From assembly GCA_035516965.1 (NCBI GenBank), contig DATIZR010000093.1, positions 43,255-107,254 of the forward strand: a DNA stretch of 64,000 bases, read 5' to 3'. The notes beneath the pieces were generated by a model that saw only the letters and a program-made list of their open reading frames with translations, searched no databases and had not been told where the DNA came from. The stretch comes from Nitrospirota bacterium (lineage in GTDB: Bacteria > Nitrospirota > UBA9217). Position numbers and translations under genes: made by a program. Below, piece by piece: positions 18,624-28,581 of this stretch (the first letter of the stretch is position 1; each line of letters opens with the position of its first letter).

Positions 18624-19829
18624 ATGTCCATATCATCAGTAAGTTCAACAAATACGATCGCCGATGCACTCTTCTCGGCCATGAGCGACCAGCAAACGCA
18701 GCTGACAGCGTTGGCGCAGACCGCCCTGTCCACAGGTGCTGATCGCGCCATGAACGGCGATTACGAAGGCGCGACGCGAGAGTTCAGACGTTCCATCGGC
18801 CTGGATTCTTCTCCCCAGAATGCCGTGACGGCATATCATCTTCTTGCGACGTCCTATATTCAGATGGGGCGGACTGAGGACGCGATCAAGGCATATCAGT
18901 CATCGATCCGCATGGCGCCGACTGATGACACCGCTCACCTCAATTTAGGCAATATCTATTTCAGCCAGGGGCGCTACAACGAAGCTGAAGCAGAATATCG
19001 GTCTGCAGTGAGAAACAATCCGACTTCCTCTACAAATCTGTTTTCACTCGGTCAGGTGTATCTTGCCACTGACCGTAACCAGCTGGCGGAAACAACCTTT
19101 AAACGGGTGATCCAGATGGATGGTAGTCAATATGGCGGATATTATGCGCTGGGGCAGACTTACGCCAAGGCAGGAAGGCAGGAGGATGCAATCTCCGAGT
19201 TTCAAAAGGTCATCAGCCTGAAGAAGGATTTTTATCAGGTGCATGTGGATCTTGGATACGCATATGCTGACCTTGGCCAGACGTCAAAAGCAAAAGATGA
19301 ACTGAGCATTCTGAATGATAAAGCGCCGAACCTGGCCTCTGTTCTGAGCGGATACCTCGATCAGATCGCTAAACCAAAGATCCTTGCTGCATACAACGTC
19401 AGCGGATTTGCAAACACCCTTGGTCCCGGCACGAAAGTGTCCACAATGGACAAATCCTTAACAATGCCGGGTGCATCACACGAATTCAACATGGTATTCA
19501 TGTTCACGAAAGACATGGATCTCTCGTCAATTACGAATCCTTTTAACTGGTCCATTGCCAAGGCAGCCTATGGTGCTGCCGGAGGCCCCTACAACTGGGG
19601 ATTGCCGACACCTGCGACCGATGTCAACATATCGCCGGTACCGATACGTGTCACCTATGCGCCAGATGCCCGGTCCGCCACTGTTTCCTTCCTGATCAAG
19701 CAGAATGCCAGCGCCAATGGTACGATCGATCCATCGCACATTAGGTTCAAATTCAATGGCAAAGATGTTTATGGAAACACTATGGACACATCTGCAGACG
19801 AATATAGCGGCATTTCAAAGATCGTCTGA
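18624..19829 (+). CDS. TPR-repeat protein with C-terminal domain of unknown function
   Basis: Repeated A-x-x-Y/L-x-x-G-x-x-Y TPR units (AYHLLATSYIQMGRTEDAIKAYQ, HLNLGNIYFSQGRYNEAE, LFSLGQVYLAT, YYALGQTYAKAGRQEDAI). The C-terminal 150 aa has no recognisable motif. Confidence 0.55.
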   Translation: MSISSVSSTNTIADALFSAMSDQQTQLTALAQTALSTGADRAMNGDYEGATREFRRSIGLDSSPQNAVTAYHLLATSYIQMGRTEDAIKAYQSSIRMAPTDDTAHLNLGNIYFSQGRYNEAEAEYRSAVRNNPTSSTNLFSLGQVYLATDRNQLAETTFKRVIQMDGSQYGGYYALGQTYAKAGRQEDAISEFQKVISLKKDFYQVHVDLGYAYADLGQTSKAKDELSILNDKAPNLASVLSGYLDQIAKPKILAAYNVSGFANTLGPGTKVSTMDKSLTMPGASHEFNMVFMFTKDMDLSSITNPFNWSIAKAAYGAAGGPYNWGLPTPATDVNISPVPIRVTYAPDARSATVSFLIKQNASANGTIDPSHIRFKFNGKDVYGNTMDTSADEYSGISKIV

Positions 19830-20420
19830 TGGGCGCTGCGTCTGCTATGTGTAGCATAAAAACCTACTCCTCACATCGTGATCTGCGAATCTTAGTGTCA
19901 TTGTCCTTGCAGCTTAAGCCTTTCTGACTCAAAACATCACAGTACGTCACAACACAAGTTCTCGCGCAAAGCCGCCAAGGTCACAAAAAAACGGTTTTTT
20001 GATCCAATCGTTGTTCCGGCTTGCTCAGGTCAGTTCTAGTCGTTTATCGAGTCGACATGATACTGTTTACCGTAAGCTTATTTTAGCAAATTGAGAGTGC
20101 CAATATATTGTCAGCTCTTTCCGTTTTCTAGTAACCCTACCACATTTACCTAAGGCATATACAACATATTATTCCATATTTACAATTAGTTATAATCTAG
20201 GTTCCATATAACAAGTCTATTGTTATGTGGTATTAATGTTGCATCTAAGCATGATGACAGTATTATTTTGTTCCGGTTTTTGACAGATTCACTCATCTGA
20301 AATGCCTATCAAGTAGAAGCAAGAACGATCCTGAATCCAGAGATTTTCTTGAGATACAGAATGCGGGCGACGTTGACGTTCAATAATATCAGTCAGAATA
20401 TGGAAAAGTTGATGTAAAAA

Positions 20421-21227
20421 ATGAAAGAAAAAGTGGACAAATACCCAGTACGTCGCCATGACAAGCTGGTTAATTTTATCATTTGTGGTACGCAGAAGGG
20501 CGGTACTACTGCGTTGGATGAATATCTACGAGAGCACCCCGAGATATGCATGGCCGAAAAGAAAGAGGTACACTTTTTCGATCGTGAAAATTTTTTTCGT
20601 GATATGACGCCTGACTATGCCTGGTATCACTCCTCGTTCACCCCTCGAACGACGCATAAGGTGCTCGGAGAGGCAACGCCGATATATATGTATTGGAACG
20701 GCGCACCACGGCGGATCTGGGAATATAACCCTGCAATGAAGCTGATCGTCGTATTGCGAAATCCCATCGACAGGGCCTATTCTCACTGGAACATGGAGCG
20801 TTCCAGAAATGCCGATACGTTATCATTCTGGGATGCTATCCAAAAAGAATCGGAGAGATGTCGAGAAGCATTGCCATATCAACACAGGATCTATAGCTAT
20901 GTTGATAGAGGCTTCTATTTGGGGCAGCTGCGAAGACTTTGGCTGTACTTTAAAAAAGATCATGTCTTGATCCTGAAAAACGAGTATCTGAGGAATCGGC
21001 CGTATGAGGCACTTCGGGAGGTCTGCGATTTTCTTGAGGTCGCCTGTTTTGACCGGATCGCTATCAAGAACGTTCATTCGCGGCCTTATGAATCGACCAT
21101 GAGCACAAGAGAACGACATTTCCTGCAGAATATCTATGAGCATGAGATCCTCAGTATTGAGCGGGTTCTTGGATGGGATTGCAGCGACTGGCTCACCGCG
21201 GAATGCGGTACGGGAGAGAGCACATGA
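20421..21227 (+). CDS. sulfotransferase family protein (PAPS-dependent)
   Basis: 5-prime-PSB motif IICGTQKGGTTAL and 3-prime-PB motif VVLRNPIDRAYSHW. Confidence 0.8.
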   Translation: MKEKVDKYPVRRHDKLVNFIICGTQKGGTTALDEYLREHPEICMAEKKEVHFFDRENFFRDMTPDYAWYHSSFTPRTTHKVLGEATPIYMYWNGAPRRIWEYNPAMKLIVVLRNPIDRAYSHWNMERSRNADTLSFWDAIQKESERCREALPYQHRIYSYVDRGFYLGQLRRLWLYFKKDHVLILKNEYLRNRPYEALREVCDFLEVACFDRIAIKNVHSRPYESTMSTRERHFLQNIYEHEILSIERVLGWDCSDWLTAECGTGEST

Positions 21228-22081
21228 CATCAGGTCCGGCAGCTGAACTCGTCGAAAAAATACGGGACAAACAGTGCGTCTTCACCATTACCGCCGGACG
21301 TACCGGAACAAACTATCTTCAAAAACTATTCGCTCTCTTCCCTGATACGCTCAGTGTGCATGAAGGAGCGCCGGATTTCGTTCATGTATTAAGAAGAGCG
21401 CAGCAGAACCCTGAAGTTGCCTACAGCTTCTGCCTGCAGCATAAGCTGCCGTTCATCGCCGCTATCGATCAAAAAAGATACGTCGAAACCAGCCACCTGT
21501 TCTGTAAAGGCTTCGTCGAGTCGTTCCTGAAGTGCGGCGTTGTACCGCATATTATAATACTCAGAAGACCTCCTCGGGAGATTGCAGTGAGCAATCTTGG
21601 GCTGAGCACGGTCCCGTCACGCACCGTCCATGGATTAATGTATCTGCTGTCACCGGACGATCCGAATGTATTGCCGCTGCCTCAATGGCAATACCTGAAC
21701 GATTATCAACTATGCTTTTGGTACAGCCTGGAGATCGAAAGGAGGCAAAGAAATTATGCTGATATGTTCAGGCAGCTCGGCGCACGTGTCGTCGAGACGT
21801 CACTTTCCGAACTGCTTGATTTCAGCGCCTTCGTACTCGTTGCATCACAGCTGGGTTTCGAGGCTGACATTCATGATAGAAGCTTGAATGACAATTTTCT
21901 GGAACTCTCTGCCGTGAAACACAACGAAAAACAAAAAAATCCCATAACAGCGACGCCCGAGGAGTTTACGGCTGCCGAAGAAGAGGTCTGGGAAAAGATC
22001 TATTATTACGATCCCTTGCTAAGGGATAGAATTACACAGCAATATGAAAAACCGGTGGTAGGCAAAATGGCGGTTTACTAG
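21224..22081 (+). CDS. sulfotransferase-like P-loop protein
   Basis: TAGRTGTNYL P-loop-like PAPS-binding motif. 4-nt overlap (ATGA) with the upstream sulfotransferase. ORF track start at 21173 is an upstream extension. Confidence 0.55.
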   Translation: MTSGPAAELVEKIRDKQCVFTITAGRTGTNYLQKLFALFPDTLSVHEGAPDFVHVLRRAQQNPEVAYSFCLQHKLPFIAAIDQKRYVETSHLFCKGFVESFLKCGVVPHIIILRRPPREIAVSNLGLSTVPSRTVHGLMYLLSPDDPNVLPLPQWQYLNDYQLCFWYSLEIERRQRNYADMFRQLGARVVETSLSELLDFSAFVLVASQLGFEADIHDRSLNDNFLELSAVKHNEKQKNPITATPEEFTAAEEEVWEKIYYYDPLLRDRITQQYEKPVVGKMAVY

Positions 22082-22141
22082 CGCAGTTGCACCGTCTTTT
22101 CTGGTTTATAGCCGAAATTTAAGGTCAAACAACGTGCTCGT

Positions 22142-24901
22142 ATGATCCTTTCTCACAAATATAAGTTCATCTTTATTAAGACAAAGAAGACTGCGGGGAC
22201 AAGCATTGAGATCGCCCTCTCAAAGTTTTGTGGTCCCACTGACATCATTACTCCCATTACACCAGCTGATGAAACCATCAGAGCACGTCTCGGTTACAGG
22301 GGACCTCAGAATTACTCGTCATCTCTGGGACCGTTCTATAACCATATCTCGGCCAGGGAAATTGCAGAAAAAATAGATCCCGCCGTTTGGGAAACCTATT
22401 ATAAATTTTGTGTTGAGCGTAACCCATGGGACAAGGTCGTTTCGTGGTACTACTGGGAAAATAGGACAGAGCCGCGCCCCCCTCTATCCCAATTTATTCG
22501 TTCCGGACGGGCGGCTCTGGTTGGCGGACCTGGAGGCTTTAACCTGTATACAATCAATGACCGTATCGTTGTCGACAAGGTATTACTGTATGAAAATCTT
22601 CAACAGGAAATGGAAGCTCTTGCACTACGATTAAACTTGCCTGAAGTGCCTCAGTTACCGAATGCAAAAGCAGAGTTCAGGGTCGACAAGAAACCTGTTA
22701 CCGCATTCTATGGCGAGCAGGATCGGAACACAATTGCAACAATATTTTCCCGTGAAATTTCGCTTTTTGGATACGCATTCCCCCGGAAGAACGGCGAGGA
22801 GACTGCAGCTCAGCCGGTTGATTCGCGAAAAGGAATATTTTCTTTGGGAAAGAAAGGTCTTGATGAAAACGCTCTAGGGCACAATAGAGGATATCGCGGC
22901 GCCCCGGGTCAGCTCGATATGATCATTCACGAAGCTGACACGCTAAGCCAGGCGGGCGAAATAGACAAGGCGATCAAACTGCTCGCCGATTGGTTGTCGA
23001 AGGAGCCGCACACCACGGAGATCATTTATGTCATGACAGAGATTTTGCTGCGGGCCAAACATTGTAAAGAATCCCTTGAGGCGCTGAGCGCCCTTCCTGA
23101 TACCGAACGAAACACTACCAGGTTCCTCCTGCTGTCGGGCTATAGTAGGGAGGGATTGGGTGAATATTCAGAAGCAGAACGGCTGTTGAATATTGTACTG
23201 GCCAAGGAACCGCGTAATTCGGTCGCATTGAATCTGGCAGGTATCTTGGCCTATAGGGAAAATAAAAAGGATCTGGCAAACGGTTTCTTTCGTAAAGCAA
23301 TGGAAAGCGATCCGGACTATGGCGAACCATATACGAATCTTGGTGTTCTCGCGTGGGCATCAGGTGACAGGCCGGCAGGAATGGAACTACTGGAACGCGG
23401 CATGGCTCTTTGCCCCACCTCGCCGGACGCCGCGTCCTCCTATCATTCTGCGGCAGTAGCGTTATCCTCCTTCGCCCGCGCGGAGCAGGTATTTCGCAAG
23501 GCACTGACCTTGTTTCCCCTCAACAAGGCAATTGCGTTCTTTCTCATTGACCTCCTCATTCAACAGAGCAAATGGGAGCAGGCAATGCCGATCATCGAAC
23601 AGGCTATGGTCGATCATGGTATCGATGATGGCATCCTTGCTGCTGCCATCGAGGTCCGCAGAAGGACCGGACCGCAGGACTCGGTGCGCACGCACGATAA
23701 GAACAGTTCTCTGTCGCTCTGCATGATCGTAAAGAACGAGGAAAAGAATCTTGCCCGGTGCCTCATGAGCGTCAAACCTGTCGTCGACGAGATGATCGTG
23801 GTTGATACCGGTTCGAGTGACAAAACCCGCGACATCGCAACCGCGTTTGGCGCGAAACTGTACGATGTCCCCTGGACCGGCGATTTTTCCGAAGTGAGAA
23901 ACGCCTCCATCGCCAGGGCCTCGGGAGACTGGATCCTGATTCTGGATGGTGATGAGGTTATATCCCCCCGTGACCACCCGGAACTGATGCGATTGACCGA
24001 CACGACAGGTCGACCAGTATCCTATTCGTTTGTGACCAGGAACTATATTCCGCAGATCCACAAAACAGGCTGGACAGCCAATGACGGAACCTGCGGGGAG
24101 GAAGCGGGCGCTGGATGGCTTGGGAGTTCCAAAGTCCGGTTATTCCCTCGAGATGGCCGCATACAGTTCGTCAATCCTGTACATGAACTGGTGGAACCGT
24201 CACTCGGCAGGGCCGGTATTGGCATACAAAAATGCAGCATCCCGATCCATCATTATGGAAAGCTGGATCAGGAAAAGGTCAACGCCAAATGGGAGGAATA
24301 CTATATTCTTGGTAAAAGGAAGCTTGAGGCCGCCGGGGAAAATGCGGATGCCCTCAGGGAGTTGGCCATCCAGGCCGGAGAGCTAAAACGTTTTGGGGAG
24401 GCGGTAGATCTCTGGAAACGGGCCATCAAATTGCAGCCTCGAATGGAAAGCGCATACCTCAACCTGGCATCCGTCTATCTGCAGCAGGATAAGTTCAATA
24501 CCGCCCTCGCGGTCGCTGAAAAAGCGCTGGAAATAAATCCTGACTCAAAGGAAGTGCTCTGCAACTACGCGCTTTGCGAACTGTATTCAGGCAGCATAGA
24601 GCGTGCGAAAACGGTCCTCGGGGGAGTTCTGAGCAAGACTCCGGGATACCCGGCTGCTGACATCATGTTGGCAATAGCTCACCTCGTCTCAGGCAACAAG
24701 AATGAAGGGATCGCCGTATTCAACGGTCTCGGCATCTCAGGTCCTGCGCTTGTCGAATGCGTTTTGCCTTTTGCAGAAAAATTGCTGCGTGCCGGACGAA
24801 AAGGACCTGCGCATATATTGACCGAGATTGCACGCGAAGTTGAAAGCGCTATTGATGTGGATCTTGAAAGAATACACCTCGGAACATTCTCAAATACATG
24901 A
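22142..24901 (+). CDS. multidomain fusion protein: Sulfotransfer_2-like N-terminus - TPR repeats - family 2 glycosyltransferase - TPR repeats
   Basis: FIFIKTKKTAGTS (Sulfotransfer_2 start motif). TPR units. GT2 core LSLCMIVKNEEKNLARCL...VVDTGSSDKTRDIA...DGDEVI. C-terminal TPRs. Confidence 0.7.
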   Translation: MILSHKYKFIFIKTKKTAGTSIEIALSKFCGPTDIITPITPADETIRARLGYRGPQNYSSSLGPFYNHISAREIAEKIDPAVWETYYKFCVERNPWDKVVSWYYWENRTEPRPPLSQFIRSGRAALVGGPGGFNLYTINDRIVVDKVLLYENLQQEMEALALRLNLPEVPQLPNAKAEFRVDKKPVTAFYGEQDRNTIATIFSREISLFGYAFPRKNGEETAAQPVDSRKGIFSLGKKGLDENALGHNRGYRGAPGQLDMIIHEADTLSQAGEIDKAIKLLADWLSKEPHTTEIIYVMTEILLRAKHCKESLEALSALPDTERNTTRFLLLSGYSREGLGEYSEAERLLNIVLAKEPRNSVALNLAGILAYRENKKDLANGFFRKAMESDPDYGEPYTNLGVLAWASGDRPAGMELLERGMALCPTSPDAASSYHSAAVALSSFARAEQVFRKALTLFPLNKAIAFFLIDLLIQQSKWEQAMPIIEQAMVDHGIDDGILAAAIEVRRRTGPQDSVRTHDKNSSLSLCMIVKNEEKNLARCLMSVKPVVDEMIVVDTGSSDKTRDIATAFGAKLYDVPWTGDFSEVRNASIARASGDWILILDGDEVISPRDHPELMRLTDTTGRPVSYSFVTRNYIPQIHKTGWTANDGTCGEEAGAGWLGSSKVRLFPRDGRIQFVNPVHELVEPSLGRAGIGIQKCSIPIHHYGKLDQEKVNAKWEEYYILGKRKLEAAGENADALRELAIQAGELKRFGEAVDLWKRAIKLQPRMESAYLNLASVYLQQDKFNTALAVAEKALEINPDSKEVLCNYALCELYSGSIERAKTVLGGVLSKTPGYPAADIMLAIAHLVSGNKNEGIAVFNGLGISGPALVECVLPFAEKLLRAGRKGPAHILTEIAREVESAIDVDLERIHLGTFSNT

Positions 24902-24911
24902 GGCATGAGCT

Positions 24912-27900
24912 ATGACCATACATGACAGAAAAGACGATCGAATCAACGTGCCTGTCTGCATCGCGGGAATGCACCGTTCCGGGACTTCCATGGTGGCAAA
25001 ACTGCTTCATCAATCCGGGCTGTATCTGGGAAAGGATGATGAACTTCTTGGACCGGCGTCGGATAACCCCGATGGCTTCTGGGAAAATATTCAGTTCGTC
25101 AGGATAAATGACGAGCTCCTTTTGAAAGCGGGAGGAGCGTGGGATCTTCCGCCGGACATGCGAAATGGATGGGGAAATATTCCAGGCCTTGGATCTCTGA
25201 GGGAAAAGGCGCAAAAAACAGTTCATCAATTTGAAATGCATGGGCCCTGGGGATGGAAGGATCCGCGTAACAGTCTCACGGCGGAATTTTGGCAGGACAT
25301 AATCGGAAAAGAGCATTTACGCTTTGTCATTTGCGTAAGAAACCCGCTTGAGGTTGCGCGTTCGATCCACAAGCGCAGCTACAATTCGTTCATCTTCGGT
25401 CTTAATCTGTGGCATCAGTATAACCGCGCGGTAATGGACCTGACCAGCCCTTCGCAAAGGATGATCACCCATTACGACTCCTTTTTTTCGGATCCGGAAG
25501 AAGAATTGAACAGGCTGCTGGTATTTGCCGGGATCCCTGCAATGCAGTCGGCTGTTCGCAGCGCGTGTTCCCACATCTCCACCTCTCTTCGCCATCATTC
25601 CTCCAGCGGGCACGATCTCATCAAGGCAGGCGCATCGGCAAAACTTGTTGATCTCTACGAGGAGCTTTGCGCGCAGTCAGGTCCCGTGTATCAGAGGACC
25701 TGCAGCTCCGCGGTTTCAAAAACTGCGCCCCCCCCGGAAAGAACTATTTCTAACTTTCCCGGCAAGAAGGGTTTCATTTCAATCGTTATCCTCACCTTCA
25801 ATCAGCTTACCTATACAAGAGAGTGTGTTGAGAGCATCAGAAAGCACACGTCCGAACCCCATGAGATCATTTTTGTAGATAACGGGTCAACAGACGGAAC
25901 GGTGAAATGGCTGAAAGAGCTCATTAAAAAAAATGATAATTATGCACTGATTGAGAATACGACCAATCTCGGCTTTTCCAAGGGGTGTAACCAAGGCATC
26001 AAGGAATCTTCAGGCGAATACATCCTGCTCCTCAATAACGATGTCGTAGTTACCGAAGACTGGCTTTCCGGCATGCTGGAATGCCTGAACAACGCTCCCG
26101 ACGTCGGCATCGTGGGCCCCATGACGAACAGCATCAGCGGACCGCAGATGGTCGCGCATGTTGACTATTCCTCTCCGGACCAACTCGCGGCGTACGCAAG
26201 GAAGTTCAGGGATGAACACCGGCATCGCCGTATCCCGCTGCGAAGGATCGTCGGTTTCTGCATGCTCTTCAGGCGCGATCTTGTGGAAAGAATCGGATCA
26301 CTTGACGAAAGCTTTGGAACGGGCAATTACGAGGACGACGATTTCTGCCTGAGATCGGCATTGGCCGGCTGCCGGAATTTCATTGCCGGCGATGTGTTTA
26401 TCCACCATCACGGCAGCAGAAGCTTCGTCGGCAACAATATTCATTACGGGTCGGCCATGTCGGGCAACAGGAAGATCTATAATTCCAAGTGGGGCGCGGT
26501 CAGGGCCGATACGACGCCGGGGAAAAATCTCCTTGTGATCCAGGCCCTCGGAAAGGCCGATGAACTCCATCGCAAAGACCAGTCGGACACGGCGCTGACG
26601 GTCCTCATTGACGCGTTAAAGTACGCGCCCGACGACGGAAGGATCTACTCGCACCTTACAAACATCCTGCTTGAGATAAAGCAGTACGAACAGGCACTTG
26701 ACGTGATCGATCGCGCGCCTCATCATGACACCGACGCGCACTGGCTCTGCTTGGCGGGATATTGCAGGGAAGGACTCGCATCCTATGAAGAAGCTGCAGA
26801 GCTTGCTGCCCGCGCCCTCGCACTCCGGCCTGGTTATGCATCGGCATTGAACCTTCAGGGTGTGATCGCATTTAGAAACGAAGCGCGGGCTTCGGCAGAA
26901 CCGTTCTTCCGCCAGGCTATGGCAGCCGATCCCGGCTACGGAGAACCTTATACGAACCTTGGTGTCCTGCTCTGGTCCCAGGGAGATCAGCAGGCCGGCC
27001 TCAACCTGCTTGAGCGAGGGTTCATCCTTGCTCCTGTTTCGCCGGATGCGTCAACGCTTTATCATTCTGCTGCAACGGCATCAGGAGCGTTTAACGACGC
27101 CGAGAGGAACTTTCGAGAAGCCTGTTCGCTCTATCCGGACCTCCGGAGGACCTGTTTCCTTCTTATCGATCTTCTCCTGAAGCAGGACAAATACCGGGAA
27201 GCGCTGGCACTGACCCATGACGCAATGATAGCATTCGGCATCGACGACGGCATCCTGTCCGCAGCTCTTGACATCATATCAAAACTCGGGTCACCGGATG
27301 CCCTGCGTGCAAAAAAAGGTTCCGATACTCTTACGGTATGCATGATCGTCAAGAATGAAGAAGCTCATCTGCTGAAATGCCTTATGAGCATTGAGTCCCT
27401 GGCGGATGAGATCATTGTCGTCGATACCGGGTCAACAGACAGAACGAAGGGCCTTGCCCGGTCCTTTGGCGCAAAGGTCTTTGACGTTCCCTGGACCGGT
27501 GATTTTTCCGAGGCGCGAAATGTGTCCCTCGACAAGGCATCAGGAGGCTGGATTTTTGTTCTCGATGCCGATGAGGTGATATCGCCCAAAGACCATGATG
27601 CGATCAGAAAACTCATCAGCTCAACGAAAAAAGCTCCAGCTGCCTATGCTGTGACGACCCGTAATTATATTTCGGCGATGAATATCACGGGCTGGACAAT
27701 GAACAAAGGGGAATATCCGGCCGAGGAAACGGGCAGCGGCTGGAAACCGAGCACCAAGACCAGGCTTTTTACGAACGATCCGCGTATCCGTTTCGAGAAT
27801 CGCGTTCATGAGCTCGTCGAATCGTCTCTTGCAAAGATCGGGATCACTTCGAAGCCCTGCGATATTCCCGTCCATCATTATGGAAAGCTCAAGGAAGAAA

Positions 27901-28538
27901 CGGTGATGAAAAAAGGAGAGGATTATTTCCTTCTGGGGAGGGAAAAGCTCAAAGAAACGAGTGATCCTCAAGCCCTCTACGAACTCGCAGTTCAGGCGGG
28001 CGAGCTTGACCGGTTTGATGACGCCATTGAGCTGTGGGAACAATTTCTGGGCATGCGGGACGTTCCCCCTGAGCTTTTCCTGCGAGCACACATCAATCTG
28101 GGGTATGCTTTCGTTCAACGAGGGCGATACGATGATGCGTTTTCCATATCCAAAAAGGCGATAGCGCTTGCGCCGGATGCCCCGGGTGCTATCATGAACT
28201 ATTCGCTGGCGGAGCTTTGGCGGGGAGACCCGCAAAACGCCGTTCCGCTTCTTGAGGATCTTCTCAAATCCACACCGGATCATCCTCCCGCAATAGGAAT
28301 GCTTGCAATAGCCTCGCTCATAGCAGGGCAGGCCGATTCTGCACGGCGTTCCTTTGACCAATTACGAACCCAGGGCTTTCTTCATGAGCTTTATCTGCTG
28401 CATCATGTACAGAAGCTTACGGAAGCAGGGAGGACCGACCGCGCCATCGTGATGCTGGAGAACACCGCTGCTGCCGGCTTAGGAACGGCAAAACTGAATA
28501 CCGTGCTGGAGGAATGCCGGAGACGTTCTATGAACTGA
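24912..28538 (+). CDS. multidomain fusion protein: sulfotransferase - GT2 - TPR - second GT2 - TPR (1208 aa)
   Basis: IAGMHRSGTSMV P-loop sulfotransferase motif. GT2 #1 ISIVILTFNQ...FVDNGSTDGT...LLNNDV. TPRs. GT2 #2 LTVCMIVKNEE...VVDTGSTDRTKGLA...LDADEVI, paralogous to the GT2 of the upstream gene. TPRs. Confidence 0.7.
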   Translation: MTIHDRKDDRINVPVCIAGMHRSGTSMVAKLLHQSGLYLGKDDELLGPASDNPDGFWENIQFVRINDELLLKAGGAWDLPPDMRNGWGNIPGLGSLREKAQKTVHQFEMHGPWGWKDPRNSLTAEFWQDIIGKEHLRFVICVRNPLEVARSIHKRSYNSFIFGLNLWHQYNRAVMDLTSPSQRMITHYDSFFSDPEEELNRLLVFAGIPAMQSAVRSACSHISTSLRHHSSSGHDLIKAGASAKLVDLYEELCAQSGPVYQRTCSSAVSKTAPPPERTISNFPGKKGFISIVILTFNQLTYTRECVESIRKHTSEPHEIIFVDNGSTDGTVKWLKELIKKNDNYALIENTTNLGFSKGCNQGIKESSGEYILLLNNDVVVTEDWLSGMLECLNNAPDVGIVGPMTNSISGPQMVAHVDYSSPDQLAAYARKFRDEHRHRRIPLRRIVGFCMLFRRDLVERIGSLDESFGTGNYEDDDFCLRSALAGCRNFIAGDVFIHHHGSRSFVGNNIHYGSAMSGNRKIYNSKWGAVRADTTPGKNLLVIQALGKADELHRKDQSDTALTVLIDALKYAPDDGRIYSHLTNILLEIKQYEQALDVIDRAPHHDTDAHWLCLAGYCREGLASYEEAAELAARALALRPGYASALNLQGVIAFRNEARASAEPFFRQAMAADPGYGEPYTNLGVLLWSQGDQQAGLNLLERGFILAPVSPDASTLYHSAATASGAFNDAERNFREACSLYPDLRRTCFLLIDLLLKQDKYREALALTHDAMIAFGIDDGILSAALDIISKLGSPDALRAKKGSDTLTVCMIVKNEEAHLLKCLMSIESLADEIIVVDTGSTDRTKGLARSFGAKVFDVPWTGDFSEARNVSLDKASGGWIFVLDADEVISPKDHDAIRKLISSTKKAPAAYAVTTRNYISAMNITGWTMNKGEYPAEETGSGWKPSTKTRLFTNDPRIRFENRVHELVESSLAKIGITSKPCDIPVHHYGKLKEETVMKKGEDYFLLGREKLKETSDPQALYELAVQAGELDRFDDAIELWEQFLGMRDVPPELFLRAHINLGYAFVQRGRYDDAFSISKKAIALAPDAPGAIMNYSLAELWRGDPQNAVPLLEDLLKSTPDHPPAIGMLAIASLIAGQADSARRSFDQLRTQGFLHELYLLHHVQKLTEAGRTDRAIVMLENTAAAGLGTAKLNTVLEECRRRSMN

Positions 28539-28581
28539 CCTTGGAGGAAGAAGTTCTGGCAAGGTTGATTGTTCACACACT

